Part shown: positions 47,304-56,031 of the stretch, piece after piece
Position numbering within the stretch: the first letter of the stretch is position 1
How the letters are laid out: each line of letters starts with the position of its first letter
IMG/VR virus record: IMGVR_UViG_3300037247_001096
Location: 9,134-73,133 of that record
Strand: one strand, 5' to 3'
Source: a virus
DNA length: 64,000 nucleotides
Position numbers and translations under genes: made by a program
Notes under the pieces: generated by a model
The model's database searches: none
Told to the model about the DNA's origin: nothing
Seen by the model: only the letters and a program-made list of their open reading frames with translations

Positions 47304-48452
47304 ATGGCGAAACAAAAGTGCGCCCACACCACATGCTCCAACGTCGCTGGAGAGAGGTCGAAATACTGTGGGGATACTTGCCGCAAGAGAGCTGCCCAAC
47401 GAAGTTATGAGCGCCGACAAGCACCAAAGAACAAAACCACGACCGCTGCCGTCGACCAGGGCATGACGCCCGAAGAGTTCGAGACGCGGGCCACACGGCT
47501 CCTAGAGGAGCGCATTCCGCTTCCCCCTGTACCGGCCAAGATTCAGGCGACCCAAGTGGTGGACATGGGGTTCGATACTCCCCAACATGCAGTGGCGTGC
47601 TTCTCCGACTATCACTTTGGGGGGAAGGTAGACGCCCAAGTGACGGGGGGTATTGGGGGGTACGACGTGGCAACGGCCCGCTACCGGCTGGCCGACTGGC
47701 GAGACGGGGTGCTGCGGTTTACCCAGATGATGCAGACCACACTACCGGTACCTGTACTCCACATCCTTGCCCTCGGTGACGACATGGAGGGCAACGGTCA
47801 TATGTATGGGTCACAGGGTATGGAGATGGAGCTGTCCCCCTACTTTCAGTTCCTTGGCTTCGTGGCCGACATGACGGATGCGCTGGTCTCCCTACAAGAA
47901 CGCTTCGAGCGGATCAATGTGGTAAAGGTGTTTGGGAATCACGGCCGCCTCGCTGGGCGCAAGAGGGACGCCTACGACCCGGACAACTATGAGCTCATGG
48001 CGTGGCAGACTATTGCCGCCCGGTGCGAATTAGCGGCGCCTGGGAAGTTTACGTTTGAAATCTCTCCTGCCTTCTTCCAACTCGTAGACATCCTGGGGTA
48101 CTCCTTCTACATGCGTCACGGCGATGGTGTAAACCTACACAGTACCTACGTTGGAGTCCTAGATAACAAACTAGCGATGAATAGCATTCTAGGGGAAGTC
48201 ATCAACTACATGGTGCTAGGTCACCACCACACAGCTTCGGAGAGGGAAGAGGAGATTGAGGGGGACATCATCTCCAATGGGTGCTTCGTGGGGCCGTCCC
48301 TACTGGCGCTGAAGATGCGCCGGCCACGGGCAAACCGCCCCAGCCAGGAGATGTTCTTCGTGCATCCTCGGAAAGGTTTAACTCACCGCCACCGCATCCA
48401 TCTCGCTTCATTAGACGAGGTGCGCTCAATCAACAAGGTTGAGCTAACGTGA
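47304..48452 (+). CDS. Calcineurin-like metallophosphoesterase
   Basis: SDYHFG, LGDDMEG, GNHGR, HGD, GHHH. Confidence 0.88.
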   Translation: MAKQKCAHTTCSNVAGERSKYCGDTCRKRAAQRSYERRQAPKNKTTTAAVDQGMTPEEFETRATRLLEERIPLPPVPAKIQATQVVDMGFDTPQHAVACFSDYHFGGKVDAQVTGGIGGYDVATARYRLADWRDGVLRFTQMMQTTLPVPVLHILALGDDMEGNGHMYGSQGMEMELSPYFQFLGFVADMTDALVSLQERFERINVVKVFGNHGRLAGRKRDAYDPDNYELMAWQTIAARCELAAPGKFTFEISPAFFQLVDILGYSFYMRHGDGVNLHSTYVGVLDNKLAMNSILGEVINYMVLGHHHTASEREEEIEGDIISNGCFVGPSLLALKMRRPRANRPSQEMFFVHPRKGLTHRHRIHLASLDEVRSINKVELT

Positions 48453-48499
48453 AACGAACCTAGGTTCCTTGCGTTGTAGCTGAATAGGAGGTGCCGACT

Positions 48500-48898
48500 A
48501 TGCCCAGAAAAGGCTTTGTGTATATCGCTGGCCCCTACCGTGGGCCGCTGGGTACCCACGACCACTCTGAATACTTCGTGGTCGATGCCCACATCAACAG
48601 AGCACGGGAGTGGGCAGCGAAGTTTGCCCGGGTGGGGATACCGTTCTTCTGCCCTCATCTGAACAGTGCCCACTTCGAGATCATCACCCCCGATGTGCCT
48701 GCTGGGTTCTGGTTGGATATGAACTTAGAGGTTCTGGCCAAAGCAAGTGCTCTCTTCCTCATGCCCGGGTGGGGTAACAGCGACGGAGCCATCAAGGAAC
48801 AATTGTTTGCTGTCGACCGTCACATTACCATCTTCTACCTCCACCAATTTGATTACCTCATGCGCTGGTGGAGAGAGGAGGCAGAAGATGCCGACTGA
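48500..48898 (+). CDS. Nucleoside deoxyribosyltransferase-like protein (DUF4406/DUF1937 type)
   Basis: VYIAGPY...CPH...PGW.NS.GA.KE. Confidence 0.75.
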   Translation: MPRKGFVYIAGPYRGPLGTHDHSEYFVVDAHINRAREWAAKFARVGIPFFCPHLNSAHFEIITPDVPAGFWLDMNLEVLAKASALFLMPGWGNSDGAIKEQLFAVDRHITIFYLHQFDYLMRWWREEAEDAD

Positions 48899-49090
48899 CT
48901 TGTACGTCCGTCTCTCCTATGATGAGTACAAGGAGCTGGAAGAAGCACTGAAGAACTTCGCCTCCTTAGAGAAGACCCACACCTCCGGTGAGAAGGACGA
49001 GATGTTCTATCACAATTCATTCAGAATCCCTCTTGGGAGCCTCACGCTAGAGGTGCACGGGCCACTGGTGCGTCCATAGCGAGCTGCTAC

Positions 49091-49513
49091 ATGAAAGTAT
49101 ATCTCATAGGGTCACTACGCAACCCCCAGGTTCCTCTGCTCGGGAAGCGCATTCGGGCACTGGGCTTCGACGTGTTCGATGATTGGTTCGGAGCCGGGGA
49201 AATTGCAGATGATTCGTGGCAGGCTTATGAGGAAGCCCGTGGGCGGCACTATGGAGAGGCGCTCTATGGTCGGGCAGCCGAGAACATCTTTCAATTCGAC
49301 CTGCGCCACCTCAACTCCTCAGACCTTGGTGTGCTGATGTTACCAGCGGGGAAGTCAGGACACCTTGAGTTGGGGTACCTCATTGGACAGGGTAAGCCGG
49401 GACTCGTCCTTTTTCCTGAGGTTCCTTCCAGATGGGACGTGATGTACCAGCTCGCAGACGGTGTGTTCTTCCACCCAGACGCTCTGCTAGTGAGGCTAAA
49501 GGCACTATTGTGA
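49091..49513 (+). CDS. Nucleoside 2-deoxyribosyltransferase-like protein
   Basis: VYLIGS...FD...D...SD...PAGKSGHLELGY. Confidence 0.8.
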   Translation: MKVYLIGSLRNPQVPLLGKRIRALGFDVFDDWFGAGEIADDSWQAYEEARGRHYGEALYGRAAENIFQFDLRHLNSSDLGVLMLPAGKSGHLELGYLIGQGKPGLVLFPEVPSRWDVMYQLADGVFFHPDALLVRLKALL

Positions 49514-49610
49514 CAGACATCCTGAAGGAGGCGTTAACAAACGCCGCAGTCGGTACGCTGGGGGCTACCATTGCCCTGACGCTTTTCGGTATCCTTAGGA
49601 GGTACATCTA

Positions 49611-50609
49611 ATGAGAGCAGTGGATAGCTCCTACGACCAGCTCACTCTGGAAGAAGCCCAGTGTCTGAAGGACAGCGACTGGCCGCTTTTCATACAGTGT
49701 CTGCTGGCACTCCCCATGACCGGGCCGGAACAACCACAGTGGCGAATTCCCAGCCTACGCAACGCTCAGGCGGCCCACCTACCCATCGCCGGCTATATCG
49801 CCATAGGCTCCAGTAGGCCCGGGGAGGAGTATGTCAACCTGGCCCGTCAGGGGATACCCGACGACCTGTGGGACGCCCTGAAGTTCGTCGCCATCGACGT
49901 GGAGGTTCCCGCCATTGACGCGCGTGAGGTGGTCAACGCCATAGGCGAGGTCGAGAGCTTCGGGCAGAACCCCATAATCTACACCAGCCACAACATCTGG
50001 ACGAACTACGTCACACCTTCCAACTCTTTCGCCCTGTCCTCTCTAGGCATCCCTTTGTGGAACGCCTACTGGGACGGCGACACGGACGTGGATTTCGCCC
50101 GTCTGCCCTTCGGTGGCTGGACGCCAGAACAGGTGGCTCTCGAACAGTGGTCGGGAGGCACCAACATCTGTGGCCAGTTCGTTGACCGCAACACTATCGT
50201 ACATCCCGAGCTCATTGGACTAGGAGAAGGTGACCATATGCCAACAGAAGAATACGAAGAGCTGACGCAGCGCATCACTAACCTCTTGGCAGCAGGTGCG
50301 GCCGGCGCCAAGAGCTTGGACAAGCGCCTCGATGCGATTGAGGACGGCAGCCTCAAGGTTCCCATCTGGCCGGTGGGGGACGTTTCCCTGACGATGATAC
50401 GTCACAAGGGCTACCATTCTCCCACCTTCATAGCCCACCTCCATGAGGCCGTACAGGAGGCAAAGCGAGCCCTACGAGAGCATATCACCATGCACAACCA
50501 GAGTGGCGGGGCGATTGATCGTCACGCGGGTGCCTTCATAGACCGGATGGCGGACGTACTGGACGCAATGGAGCGGGAAGTATGGATCGCGGCTGGCTGG
50601 GCCACTTAG
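49611..50609 (+). CDS. Endolysin, GH25-like muramidase
   Basis: AVDSS, AIDVE (DxE), IIYT, LWNAYW, FGGW..EQW...VDRN, adjacent to a holin-like gene. Confidence 0.8.
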   Translation: MRAVDSSYDQLTLEEAQCLKDSDWPLFIQCLLALPMTGPEQPQWRIPSLRNAQAAHLPIAGYIAIGSSRPGEEYVNLARQGIPDDLWDALKFVAIDVEVPAIDAREVVNAIGEVESFGQNPIIYTSHNIWTNYVTPSNSFALSSLGIPLWNAYWDGDTDVDFARLPFGGWTPEQVALEQWSGGTNICGQFVDRNTIVHPELIGLGEGDHMPTEEYEELTQRITNLLAAGAAGAKSLDKRLDAIEDGSLKVPIWPVGDVSLTMIRHKGYHSPTFIAHLHEAVQEAKRALREHITMHNQSGGAIDRHAGAFIDRMADVLDAMEREVWIAAGWAT

Positions 50610-50626
50610 CGGGGAGGTGAAGAAAC

Positions 50627-50869
50627 ATGGAGCGATTATCTAGCCGAAAACTGGCCGGTGTTATTGCCGCCATCATGGGTGTTGTCGGGCTCCTCCTGGG
50701 CCTGGCGGTCATCCACCCCCTGGCCCTTACCGAGGCGACTGAGGTGGTGCTGACTGCCATCATTGCCGTCGCGGGCCTTGGTGGTTTTCAGGTCTATAGA
50801 CAGTCTATCATCGACCGGTTCCCTGCCTACCAAGTGGGGCCAAACGAGACCGTCAAGAGGGTGAACTGA
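50627..50869 (+). CDS. Putative holin
   Basis: SRKL N-terminus, two TM helices and a Q..ID tail. Follows the endolysin. Confidence 0.7.
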   Translation: MERLSSRKLAGVIAAIMGVVGLLLGLAVIHPLALTEATEVVLTAIIAVAGLGGFQVYRQSIIDRFPAYQVGPNETVKRVN

Positions 50870-51330
50870 TGGCCGAGTCGACGCCCTGTTGCAGAGACGG
50901 CCCCCGCTATGGCATGTGCGAGGACAAGGCTAATGTAGGGCTCACTCACTTCGTCGGCGACGACTGTCCTGGGGGGCACGCCAAAAACGGCGGCCGGGCA
51001 GGAAGTGCCCGCTTTCACGCTATCCTCCGTGAATTGGGCGCCTTACATGATAAAAAACAGCGGGACTATGGCACCGACGAAGACCCGTTCGCCAATGTTA
51101 GAGCCAGCTCAGAGTGGGGAGTGCCTGCCTGGATAGGTACCCTCATTCGGGCCACCGACAAACTGAAGCGCCTACAGAAATACGTCCGAGTAGGCAAGCT
51201 GGCTAACGAGGCAGTAGAGGACAGCTTCCGAGACCTGGCAGTCTACACTATCATCGCTCTCGTCCTCTATGAGGAAGCGAGAGATGAGTTTGAAGAGGAG
51301 GAGAATAATAATGGCACAGAAACCGAATAG
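50869..51330 (+). CDS. All-alpha NTP-PPase-like protein (Nmad1/DUF1599-like)
   Basis: KK..DYG...PFAN...IR..DKL.RL...EAVEDSF.DLAVY. Confidence 0.8.
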   Translation: MAESTPCCRDGPRYGMCEDKANVGLTHFVGDDCPGGHAKNGGRAGSARFHAILRELGALHDKKQRDYGTDEDPFANVRASSEWGVPAWIGTLIRATDKLKRLQKYVRVGKLANEAVEDSFRDLAVYTIIALVLYEEARDEFEEEENNNGTETE

Positions 51331-51643
51331 CGACAAGTCCGGCCGCGCCGCCCGCCGACGTGAGGAGAAGCAGGTGGAGCGGGCCCAGCGAACGGTAGCA
51401 CGGTCTCAGGCCCGCCCTCAGCCTCTCCCGAGGCAGGAAGGTGCCCCCGGGATGCAGATTTCTGTCAACGATCTGCTTCTCAAGATTGGCGCCCTGACGG
51501 TGGAGCGGGATGCCCTCCAGGGTCAACTTGCGCAGCGGGATGCCGTCATCGCACGTATAACGGCCCCCCCAGAAACGCCGGAGGACGCGCCTTCAGAGGA
51601 GGCGGACGAAGGCCCACCTCAGGGTGAGCCGGTAGAGGACTAG
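51311..51643 (+). CDS. Coiled-coil hypothetical protein, last gene of the rightward arm
   Basis: GGAG RBS. It shares the CTAG stop overlap with the convergent gene. Confidence 0.65.
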   Translation: MAQKPNSDKSGRAARRREEKQVERAQRTVARSQARPQPLPRQEGAPGMQISVNDLLLKIGALTVERDALQGQLAQRDAVIARITAPPETPEDAPSEEADEGPPQGEPVED

Positions 51644-52088
51644 AGCCAGAGCTGGCGGACGGCTTCAGCGACGGCGGCGAGGATGGCCAGCACTGCGCCA
51701 ATCGAAACGGTCTGCCGCGCTACAGAAGCCCGTGAGTGGTGGTTTGTCTGATGGGTGGCCAGGGATGTCACTATGGAGGCTAAGAGCTCCTGAGCGGCGT
51801 TGTGTTCGTTCTCGTGCCGTTCTGTCCACCGCTTGAGCTCCGCTACATCTTCGCTGAGTACGTCGAGAGGTTCCCGGTCAGGCACTAGACTACTTCCTCT
51901 ATGAGCCGGTCGACTCTTTTCCATATACTGGCCGCCTCAAAAATAGCCATGGCCCCGAGGAAGACCGATGGAATCAGCTTCCAAAAACGACGCTGTTCAG
52001 TAGACCACAAAGCCCATTCCGCTGAGGTCGCCGCAAACACGGCGCCGGCGAGGGCGGAAAACAAACCTCGGACGATCTCCTCACGCAC
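51640..52088 (-). CDS. Two small membrane proteins (51640..51885 coiled coil + C-terminal TM; 51885..52088 two TM)
   Basis: Hydrophobic segments and TAGTG coupling. Confidence 0.55.
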
Positions 52089-52105
52089 TGACTTGCCCTC
52101 TCTGA

Positions 52106-52825
52106 CTAGTTGACTGCTGTCCACGCACCCGCCCCACCCCCTCCGTTGTTGTTGACATAGAGCTTGTTGGCCGTTGAATCCCAATAGAAAGTGCCCTCTA
52201 CGGCAGCATGGGTGGGGGCACCTGCAAAGGAATCTACCCGCAGAGGGAGTTCTGAGGGGTAGTCACCAAGTTCTTCAGGGGCGAAGGGGATGGTGTAGTC
52301 GATGTCGAGCTTCGCCGGATTGGAGCCGAACTCCAACGCCGCGCCTTCCCAGTTTTTAGCGCTTGCCTGGTTCTTCCCCTCTACGAGCACACACATGCCC
52401 TGCCCCGATGCCCACCCAGGCCTGTCGAGAACCTCCTGGCAGGCCACCTTCAAGTCGCCCGGGGAGCGGTACCCTACACCCAGGCTGTCCCCTACCCAGC
52501 TAACACTCGCAGAGGTCGGTGTCCGGTTGGTTACATCCGCCTCGTCGTCGAAGTTTGCGGCGTCGTCCACGTCGTTGAAGTAGACATCGCTCGCCATGTC
52601 GTCGGAACCTGTGGTCTTGCCATAGAGTGATAGTGTGCAGGTGTTTATAGTCGACCCCGCTGGGATCGTGACGTTGGAGAACCTCAGGCCGCTGTTGTGG
52701 CGGTTTGTGTCTGTTAAATGGGCACGAACAAGGAGTCGGTCGTTCGTGTCGGTGAACGATGTGTTGCCGTCGGTTTCGTAGGCATCCTCATTACCTGCGA
52801 CGATGAGGAGATTGAGAGTGGTCAT
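52106..52825 (-). CDS. Tail-associated beta-sandwich protein
   Basis: RF..VTIP.G.TI..L.....P.L.IDY pattern common in tail/fibre domains. Confidence 0.7.
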   Translation of the reverse strand: MTTLNLLIVAGNEDAYETDGNTSFTDTNDRLLVRAHLTDTNRHNSGLRFSNVTIPAGSTINTCTLSLYGKTTGSDDMASDVYFNDVDDAANFDDEADVTNRTPTSASVSWVGDSLGVGYRSPGDLKVACQEVLDRPGWASGQGMCVLVEGKNQASAKNWEGAALEFGSNPAKLDIDYTIPFAPEELGDYPSELPLRVDSFAGAPTHAAVEGTFYWDSTANKLYVNNNGGGGAGAWTAVN

Positions 52826-52876
52826 GGCCTAACGGCCTCCGTCTCGGTGCTGACCTCGATGATGCGGTAGTACATC

Positions 52877-54019
52877 CTAATTCACCAGTCCTATCGTTCT
52901 CAAGTCGGCAATCAGAGTCCCAAGGACATCCGCAAGCTCGTGTATGCTCGTCGCGTCGGCGTCGAAGCTGCGGTCGGTCGTCACGTTCGACTCCGTGTAG
53001 GTCTGCACTGCCCCTACCTCTAGCGTACCGCTCACCGTCACCGCTGGGGCCGTGATCTCAAGCTTGGTATCGGCGTCAATGTCGAGCTGCCCGTCCACTG
53101 ACGAATAGACCTTGAGGGTAGTGTCCCGGAAGTTGAGTTCGTTGGCCCCCGTAACAAGCAGGGCGCCCGTGAGGTCTCTCGTCCCGTCGGCTAGGAGGTA
53201 CTGCGTGTGGTCATCGTCCGCTAGCCCTATAAGGGCTGCGTGAGGTACGAGACTGGCGCTTCTTGCGACCTCCACCCAAATTAGGCCTGTGTATCGCAAG
53301 AAGATAACGTCCAATAGGGTATTCATCGTGACATCGACACCATCTGAAAGGAATATGCTGTTCAATATCGGCGGAGAGGTGTTTTTTATGACTACATCGC
53401 GGTCGTCGGCTGCGAGGCTCAAGATGAGCCATGCCCCACTGACACCGCCTTCTATATGTTCCAAGTCGTCAGATGGATCGCCGCCCTCGGTATCGACAAG
53501 ATGAACGGCTTTGTCGATAGTGATAGTGCCACTGGATATGGTCTTCGTAGTCGCCGTGCCCCAAGCCACGATGTTCTCAAATAGAGCACGAGCCTGAGTT
53601 ATTGTGAGGACTTCTATTCCCCCCGCGTCGAAGCGGATGATGTCCTCGTCGGCCGACTCCTCTACTTGAATCTTGGTGTCGCCATCCGCATCGCCTATTG
53701 AGATATGATCGAGATCACCAAGACCGCTATGGGTACTATGCGCATGAGCCTCGGCGTGCAGTTCACTATCCCTTGCAATAGCCGCAGGGATGTCCGCATC
53801 CACCAGCGCACGGAAGGTAGGATCATCGTCACCGCCACTAGCAGGGCCGACAAAGACAAGATTTGCACCCTGTGTGTCGAGGGTAATCTGCTGCCCCGTC
53901 AGCCCGAGCAGCGTGTCGGCATCGGCAGCTAGAGTGACGGCGTTATGCTGGAGGGAGTCAACCTGTACCCACGCGAGACCTGTCCAGACCCAGGAGTCTC
54001 CATCCTCATTCAAGGCCAT
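52877..54019 (-). CDS. Tail fibre protein (frame open upstream to about 54166)
   Basis: Fibre motifs PTFRALV..DIP, DADGDTKIQVEES.DED.IRFD and DDDHTQYLL.DG.R. Confidence 0.8.
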   Translation of the reverse strand: MALNEDGDSWVWTGLAWVQVDSLQHNAVTLAADADTLLGLTGQQITLDTQGANLVFVGPASGGDDDPTFRALVDADIPAAIARDSELHAEAHAHSTHSGLGDLDHISIGDADGDTKIQVEESADEDIIRFDAGGIEVLTITQARALFENIVAWGTATTKTISSGTITIDKAVHLVDTEGGDPSDDLEHIEGGVSGAWLILSLAADDRDVVIKNTSPPILNSIFLSDGVDVTMNTLLDVIFLRYTGLIWVEVARSASLVPHAALIGLADDDHTQYLLADGTRDLTGALLVTGANELNFRDTTLKVYSSVDGQLDIDADTKLEITAPAVTVSGTLEVGAVQTYTESNVTTDRSFDADATSIHELADVLGTLIADLRTIGLVN

Positions 54020-54161
54020 ATCCCCCGGCTCAACCTGGTTGGCAGTGATAACGTCTGGGTCGCTACCCAGGAAGTTCCAGACGAAGACCTCCCGGGCAAT
54101 CGTATAGGGGACGGATTCTCGCGTCTCTCGCGGCCGCTGTTGGGAAAAGTGGTGGGGAATT

Positions 54162-54488
54162 TTAACTCATTCCCCCCCCCCCCCCCTCGGTATTACCGGG
54201 CAAGCGCTTTCGGCGCAGGCGGTTGTTCAAATCCTTCATCCGCCGGCGCCTCAGCTTCGTAGTCTCTGGCTCCTCCTCTTCTGGCGGGAAGACGAGAACT
54301 TCCTCAGGCACCACAAACTTACGGGGGAAGCCGGCAGCTAAGCCGTCGCGGAGCTCCTCGCCAGACTCCATGTCGACATCCCTGCCCACCTGGTCTAAGG
54401 CGGCTCTCACCTGGGGAGGCATCGACTTCTTCAGGCGCTTCCGCGCCTCTCCCCCACTCTCAATGACAATGATCGTGATGTCTGCCAT
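54162..54488 (-). CDS. Hypothetical protein ending in a G15 tract
   Basis: Its own promoter TTGCAC-18-TAGAAT lies at 54534..54505. Confidence 0.6.
   Translation of the reverse strand: MADITIIVIESGGEARKRLKKSMPPQVRAALDQVGRDVDMESGEELRDGLAAGFPRKFVVPEEVLVFPPEEEEPETTKLRRRRMKDLNNRLRRKRLPGNTEGGGGGMS
54172..54186 (-). repeat. G15 homopolymer
   Basis: 15 consecutive C on the plus strand. Confidence 0.9.
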
Positions 54489-54546
54489 GCTATCTCACAT
54501 CTTCATTCTACTAGGTTCTAGCTACGCGGTGCAAGTCGTCATAAGG

Positions 54547-56019
54547 CTAGAACAGCTCCCCCCAACTGAGAGCAACGTCTGCTTCATGGCCACTACCACT
54601 GATTGCTTCCGCGGTAACCGTAAGGATGTCCCCCGGGTGCAGGCGTTCTGTGAACTCATTGAGGAAAATCAAGTCCGAATCGGCCTTGCCCAAAAGAATG
54701 GTTAGGATGTCCTCCCCGCCAGTCAAACCACTTGCCCCCGTATCAATGGAGACTGTAGAGACTGCGGCGTCAAAGGCCGTGAAGTTAGGCGTCCCTGTCA
54801 ACGTAGGATTAAGCCTAAGGCGGATGATGACGGGCTTAGTGGCGTCAGTTGCAACAGACAGATATTCGGGCCGTATTTGTACCCGATTGAGCTTCGACTG
54901 ATGGATGATGTCGTTTTTGATAGAAATAATAGGGATTTCAGTATCCGTTACCGCCCCATTACTTCCGCTAGCCGCCCTCTGCAGCGGGGTTTCCACAACT
55001 CTCCCCTCTACAAATCCAGCCATGGAGCTAGTCTTGACCGTGAGGTTCGACCCGTTCGAGGTGTTCTTCGACATGATGTGTAGGGGCAGCGTGGGGTTCT
55101 GTAAGGACGGGACTGTATTCGCGTTGGCGTAGCGAATCTGGTGTACGTCGACGAACTTGCCGGTAGTGGGATTCTCGATGGCAAACGTGATAAGACCAAA
55201 GCCGAGCCATTGGTACCGAATCTGGTAGACGTTCCCCTTGGTCGGGTCAAGGGTCGGAAGTGTGCCGGTACCATCTGCCGGGTCTAGGTTCCACGACCCC
55301 TGTGCTACCCATTCATTTGATACAGACGCACCTGCTAGAGTCTCAGCGAGACTGGCCGTAACTCCAGTCGAGTCAGTGTCGGCAAAGGACATGGTTCCTG
55401 ATTTGTTCCCAGCGCTCCACGACTTCAGTATGACCGTAGCGTTGTTGACGTAGGCTGTCCAGCCCAAGCCGACATCTGTCCAGTCTGCATCTGCTATCTT
55501 CACTGCCACCTCTCGCGCCGTATCAGTTTGAGTAACCGCAACTACTCTCGTTTGCCCGTCTAGGGTAATCGTAATGTTCCCGCTAGCGTCGGGCGCCCCG
55601 TTTGTAACGGAGACGGTCTGAATCTCCGGCCCACCAAGCCGGCGCCGGAGGATGGAGAACGCTGTACCGTTGAAGCCAAGGAACAACCCATCTCCTACAT
55701 CACCAATTCCAGCAAGCTGAACTGAGTTTGAGGCTCCGCTAGTAAAGAGCGCTGTGAAACGCACTAGAGCTCCCTGCCCGGGATCATACTTGAGAGGCTT
55801 GTGGGATAGCATGTGCGCCGCAGAGTTGGAGCTGCCGCCACTCTGGATGACAGCCATATTATCGGCTTGCGTCACCGAACCGGATGCGTTCTCCCGGCTT
55901 TCAATCAGGTCGGCGTTTATGTTATAGGGGAATTGGAGTTGAACAACTGGTGTTGGCTCGGCTACGAGCAACTCACCAAATGCCGCCTTGTGATCCTCTA
56001 CTTCTGGTTTATATGTCAT
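54547..56019 (-). CDS. Virion structural protein (beta-rich)
   Basis: 490 aa with AFGEL, Y.PGQG, WN.D..DG and YQWLG.G motifs seen in phage structural proteins. Confidence 0.75.
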   Translation of the reverse strand: MTYKPEVEDHKAAFGELLVAEPTPVVQLQFPYNINADLIESRENASGSVTQADNMAVIQSGGSSNSAAHMLSHKPLKYDPGQGALVRFTALFTSGASNSVQLAGIGDVGDGLFLGFNGTAFSILRRRLGGPEIQTVSVTNGAPDASGNITITLDGQTRVVAVTQTDTAREVAVKIADADWTDVGLGWTAYVNNATVILKSWSAGNKSGTMSFADTDSTGVTASLAETLAGASVSNEWVAQGSWNLDPADGTGTLPTLDPTKGNVYQIRYQWLGFGLITFAIENPTTGKFVDVHQIRYANANTVPSLQNPTLPLHIMSKNTSNGSNLTVKTSSMAGFVEGRVVETPLQRAASGSNGAVTDTEIPIISIKNDIIHQSKLNRVQIRPEYLSVATDATKPVIIRLRLNPTLTGTPNFTAFDAAVSTVSIDTGASGLTGGEDILTILLGKADSDLIFLNEFTERLHPGDILTVTAEAISGSGHEADVALSWGELF

Positions 56020-56031
56020 CTCAGTCCCTTC

